Shown piece by piece: positions 39,082-41,721 of a stretch of DNA of 41,721 nucleotides (its first letter is position 1; every line of letters starts with the position of its first letter). The translations under genes and the position numbers were made by a program. The stretch is from a bacterium (GTDB lineage Bacteria; Desulfobacterota; Anaeroferrophillalia; Anaeroferrophillales; Tharpellaceae): NCBI GenBank assembly GCA_029932385.1, contig JAOZQE010000005.1:1-41721 (forward strand), written 5' to 3'. Below the pieces are notes generated by a model. The model did not search any database. It had not been told where the DNA came from and saw nothing but the letters and a program-made list of their open reading frames with translations.

Positions 39082-40899
39082 TTACCCCCCTGAACCGACT
39101 TTTTTAGCCTGCAGACGCTTGAGCTGCATAAGATTGTATTGGGCCTGCTTATTACCCGGATCCAGCTGCAAGGCATAAGATAACTGCCGGGAAGCTGCCG
39201 TTAACTGACCCTGATGCGCCAGGGCGATGCCTAAATTGATATGGGTTTTTACATGATAGGGTCTAAGCTTAAGAGCTTTATTAAACAACGGCACCGACTC
39301 CTCGGTCTGACCTTTATGCAGTAAAATAGTAGCCAGATTATAATTAACTGCGGACGAGGCGGGGGCAAACGACAGAGCCTGGCGGAGAATTTTCTCAGCA
39401 TCATCAAGGCGATGTTCTTTTTTTCGCATTAACGCAAAGGCAACAAAAGCATCAATTTCTCTAATCTCCGGCTGCATCGCTTTCCGGTAGACTTCCTCGG
39501 CCTCCTGATTACGACCCTGCTCCTGCAAAGCATTGCCCCAATTAAGCAGAGCCTGACCAAAACGTGAATTCAGCTGCATAGCCCGGGAAAAAATTGGATC
39601 TGTTTCCGACCAGCGTTTTTCCTTCGCCAGGGCCTGACCCAGCAGATTGTAGGCGACCGGATTATTTTTATCCATTTTAACGGCCCGCTGAAAAAGAGTT
39701 ACGGTATCATGCCAGTAATGGGTCTGCTGCCAACTTAAGATCAGATAAAAAAATGCGGCCGCAATCACGGCCCCCGTAACCCAGCGCCGCGACCTTGCCG
39801 GAGACACTGCCGCCCCGAACCAGACCAGTGCCAGCCAAAATCCAATTGCTGGAATATAGGTATAACGATCAGCCCAGGCTTGGCCACCGACTTGCACCAG
39901 ACCAATCACCGGCACCAACGTCCCGACAAACCAGCACCAGCCTACGAGAAGAAAAGGGTAGCGCTTACGCTCACGAAAGACAAAGTAGAAAATGCCGCAA
40001 AAACCAATGCCGGAAATCACGATCCGCAACCAGGAATAATCAATCCGGTAACGATAAAGAACGGCCAGATTCTGAGGCCAGAACTGCAGCTTTACATATT
40101 CGCCGTAAGCCACCAATGCATTAACCACACGCGGCCCAATCCCAAGCTCAGCGGCGGAACTAACCGCACCAGCCTGACGTTGAGCTATAAATGTCAATAT
40201 CGCAGAAAATAAGATAAGAATAAAAAAGGGAAATTTTTCCAGAACCAACCGTTTAATTCCGGTTTTGGGATAACGTTGCAGAGGCCAGTAATCCAACAAG
40301 AACAGAAGAAACGGCAGGGTTACAGCCATAGGCTTGGCCATTAAGGCGCAGGCGGCACTGAACAGAGTCAGCAGGTAATATTGCCAACTCATCCGCTTTG
40401 CGTAGAAAGTATAGAGGATCAACGTCAACAGCCAGAAAAAAGCACAAAGCAGATCTTTGCGTTCCGCAATCCAGGCAACAGATTCGACTCGTAAGGGGTG
40501 CCAGGCAAACAACACCGTCACCAAAATGCTGCGCCAGAGTCCGCCGCGCCAACAACGGTTCAAGAGAAAAAAAAGCAAGCTCACATTGGCAAGATGCCAG
40601 GCAACTGAAGCAAGATGATGAGAGCCGCTCTTTAAGCCAAAAGCACTGACATCAACCATATGGGAAATCCAGGCCAGAGGATGCCAGTTAGCGGCATAGA
40701 AGGCTGTAAAAGACCATTTCACAGCCGCCCAGCTCAGACCATTGTTAACAACAGGATTATTAACTATATATTCAGCATCATCAAAACCGACAAAGGCAAA
40801 ATCATGCACCTGCCAGTAGGCCGCAAGGAGACCGGATAAAATTATCAATAGAGCCGGAAACGGTCTTAGTTCTCCATTTTTGATAATAAAGCCAGGCAC
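39082..40899 (-). CDS. TMTC-like GT-C membrane glycosyltransferase with C-terminal TPRs
   Basis: FVGFDD..YIVNNP (DD motif), NWHPL, HPLRVESVAWIAERKD, AKPMA and ADRYTYIP, followed by about 5 TPRs. Confidence 0.8.
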   Translation of the reverse strand: MPGFIIKNGELRPFPALLIILSGLLAAYWQVHDFAFVGFDDAEYIVNNPVVNNGLSWAAVKWSFTAFYAANWHPLAWISHMVDVSAFGLKSGSHHLASVAWHLANVSLLFFLLNRCWRGGLWRSILVTVLFAWHPLRVESVAWIAERKDLLCAFFWLLTLILYTFYAKRMSWQYYLLTLFSAACALMAKPMAVTLPFLLFLLDYWPLQRYPKTGIKRLVLEKFPFFILILFSAILTFIAQRQAGAVSSAAELGIGPRVVNALVAYGEYVKLQFWPQNLAVLYRYRIDYSWLRIVISGIGFCGIFYFVFRERKRYPFLLVGWCWFVGTLVPVIGLVQVGGQAWADRYTYIPAIGFWLALVWFGAAVSPARSRRWVTGAVIAAAFFYLILSWQQTHYWHDTVTLFQRAVKMDKNNPVAYNLLGQALAKEKRWSETDPIFSRAMQLNSRFGQALLNWGNALQEQGRNQEAEEVYRKAMQPEIREIDAFVAFALMRKKEHRLDDAEKILRQALSFAPASSAVNYNLATILLHKGQTEESVPLFNKALKLRPYHVKTHINLGIALAHQGQLTAASRQLSYALQLDPGNKQAQYNLMQLKRLQAKKVGSGG

Positions 40900-40960
40900 A
40901 AATTTCCCTTCTGCAAAAAATTATACTTTATTCAAGCTGAATTGAAAGAGTATAGCAAAC

Positions 40961-41007
40961 AAAAAAAAATATCACCATAAAAAACTGTTTTTTTATGGTG
41001 ATATTTT
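40961..41007 (-). terminator. Terminator after the edge gene
   Basis: Inverted repeat AAAATATCACCATAAAAAAA-CTG-TTTTTTTATGGTGATATTTT, with a T-run on the - strand. Confidence 0.75.
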
Positions 41008-41078
41008 CCTAATAACATTCCAGCTTAAACAAGAAGATAATTCTTCTCAGCCGACAAAACAAATTGACTTAAAATAAC

Positions 41079-41720
41079 TTACTCAAGGCCAACGACGAGA
41101 GGTGCAGACAAAGGCGGCAAGGCCTCCAGCTCCTCCATAGGATAGCCGTCATCTTCATAGTTACGCCCATTGAAAATGACTCCGACGATATCATGCTCAG
41201 CCGTAAAACTGATCGAGGCCGCCATTTTGATATCTTTGCCTTCAAACAAAGCGTTTATTTCACTGAGCAACTGTCCGTTAGCAGGAATGTCTCTGCTGAT
41301 TTCGGCCAGTTCCTTCCCGGCAGCATCATAAGCAGTCAATGTAACTGTATTCTTAACCGTACCGGGATTATTCAACAACAGCCCACTCCAGCCCCCTTCC
41401 TCACTTGAACGCAGAGGAGAAAAGAGACCGCTACGACTCCGCAAAGCTCCGGTTGAAACTGAGGCCAGCTGCCGATAATCAGATGTTCCGAAAAACTCCA
41501 TTCCGGCAATTGGCGTATCCGCCTGCACCTGCAACCAGCCAACACCATCAGGCACAAGGTCGTGAGATGCGATACTTTGGCTTTGCAATTCACCCAGCGA
41601 GAGCCCGGGAAGCGTAAGTGCTACCGGATTCTTATCACCTATATAACCGGTTAAAGTTATATTGTTGGCCTCAGCTTGAGGATTATAAAAAGCAAGGCCG
41701 CCCCACCAGCCGGAACCGTC
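41079..41720 (-). CDS. C-terminal part of a protein with tandem WWxG-module repeats (5' end outside window)
   Basis: The frame is open to the window edge: DGSGWWGGLAFYNPQAEANNITLTGY...GGWSGLLLNNPGTVKNTVTLTAYDAAGKEL... Confidence 0.75.
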   Translation of the reverse strand, partial: DGSGWWGGLAFYNPQAEANNITLTGYIGDKNPVALTLPGLSLGELQSQSIASHDLVPDGVGWLQVQADTPIAGMEFFGTSDYRQLASVSTGALRSRSGLFSPLRSSEEGGWSGLLLNNPGTVKNTVTLTAYDAAGKELAEISRDIPANGQLLSEINALFEGKDIKMAASISFTAEHDIVGVIFNGRNYEDDGYPMEELEALPPLSAPLVVGLE

Positions 41721-41721
41721 C

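Overview
A gene-dense window from a Gram-negative anaerobe; a Desulfobacterota/deltaproteobacterial origin is inferred from gene content only. The left part (1-17.9 kb, mostly + strand) is largely housekeeping. It holds a 5'-truncated outer-membrane beta-barrel, an RHH/PIN (VapBC-type) toxin-antitoxin pair, envelope proteins with FlgT-C-like domains, split GDP-mannose genes, ilvD, a HIT protein, a methyltransferase, divergent prpE/acs, a 2-hydroxyacyl-CoA dehydratase-family gene and a GerMN protein. The right part (18.0-41.7 kb, all - strand) reads as one cell-surface locus. It holds a TMTC-like mannosyltransferase, a GT2, a TPR protein and an O-antigen-ligase/O-OTase-family gene, which overlap into an Xps-order type II secretion operon (E-F-G-H-I-J-K-L-M-C-D). 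Downstream come a 26-Cys acidic exported protein with its own promoter and long leader, a lipoprotein, a GP42-like transglutaminase, and a selenoprotein missed by the ORF track (in-frame UGA in a CGU motif plus a SECIS-like hairpin, UshA-like fold fused to four CxxCH hemes). Three of the exported proteins share a repeated ~100-aa 'WWxG(L)xxxN' module. My best hypothesis (inference) is a dedicated T2SS pathway that exports, glycosylates and covalently cross-links a surface layer.
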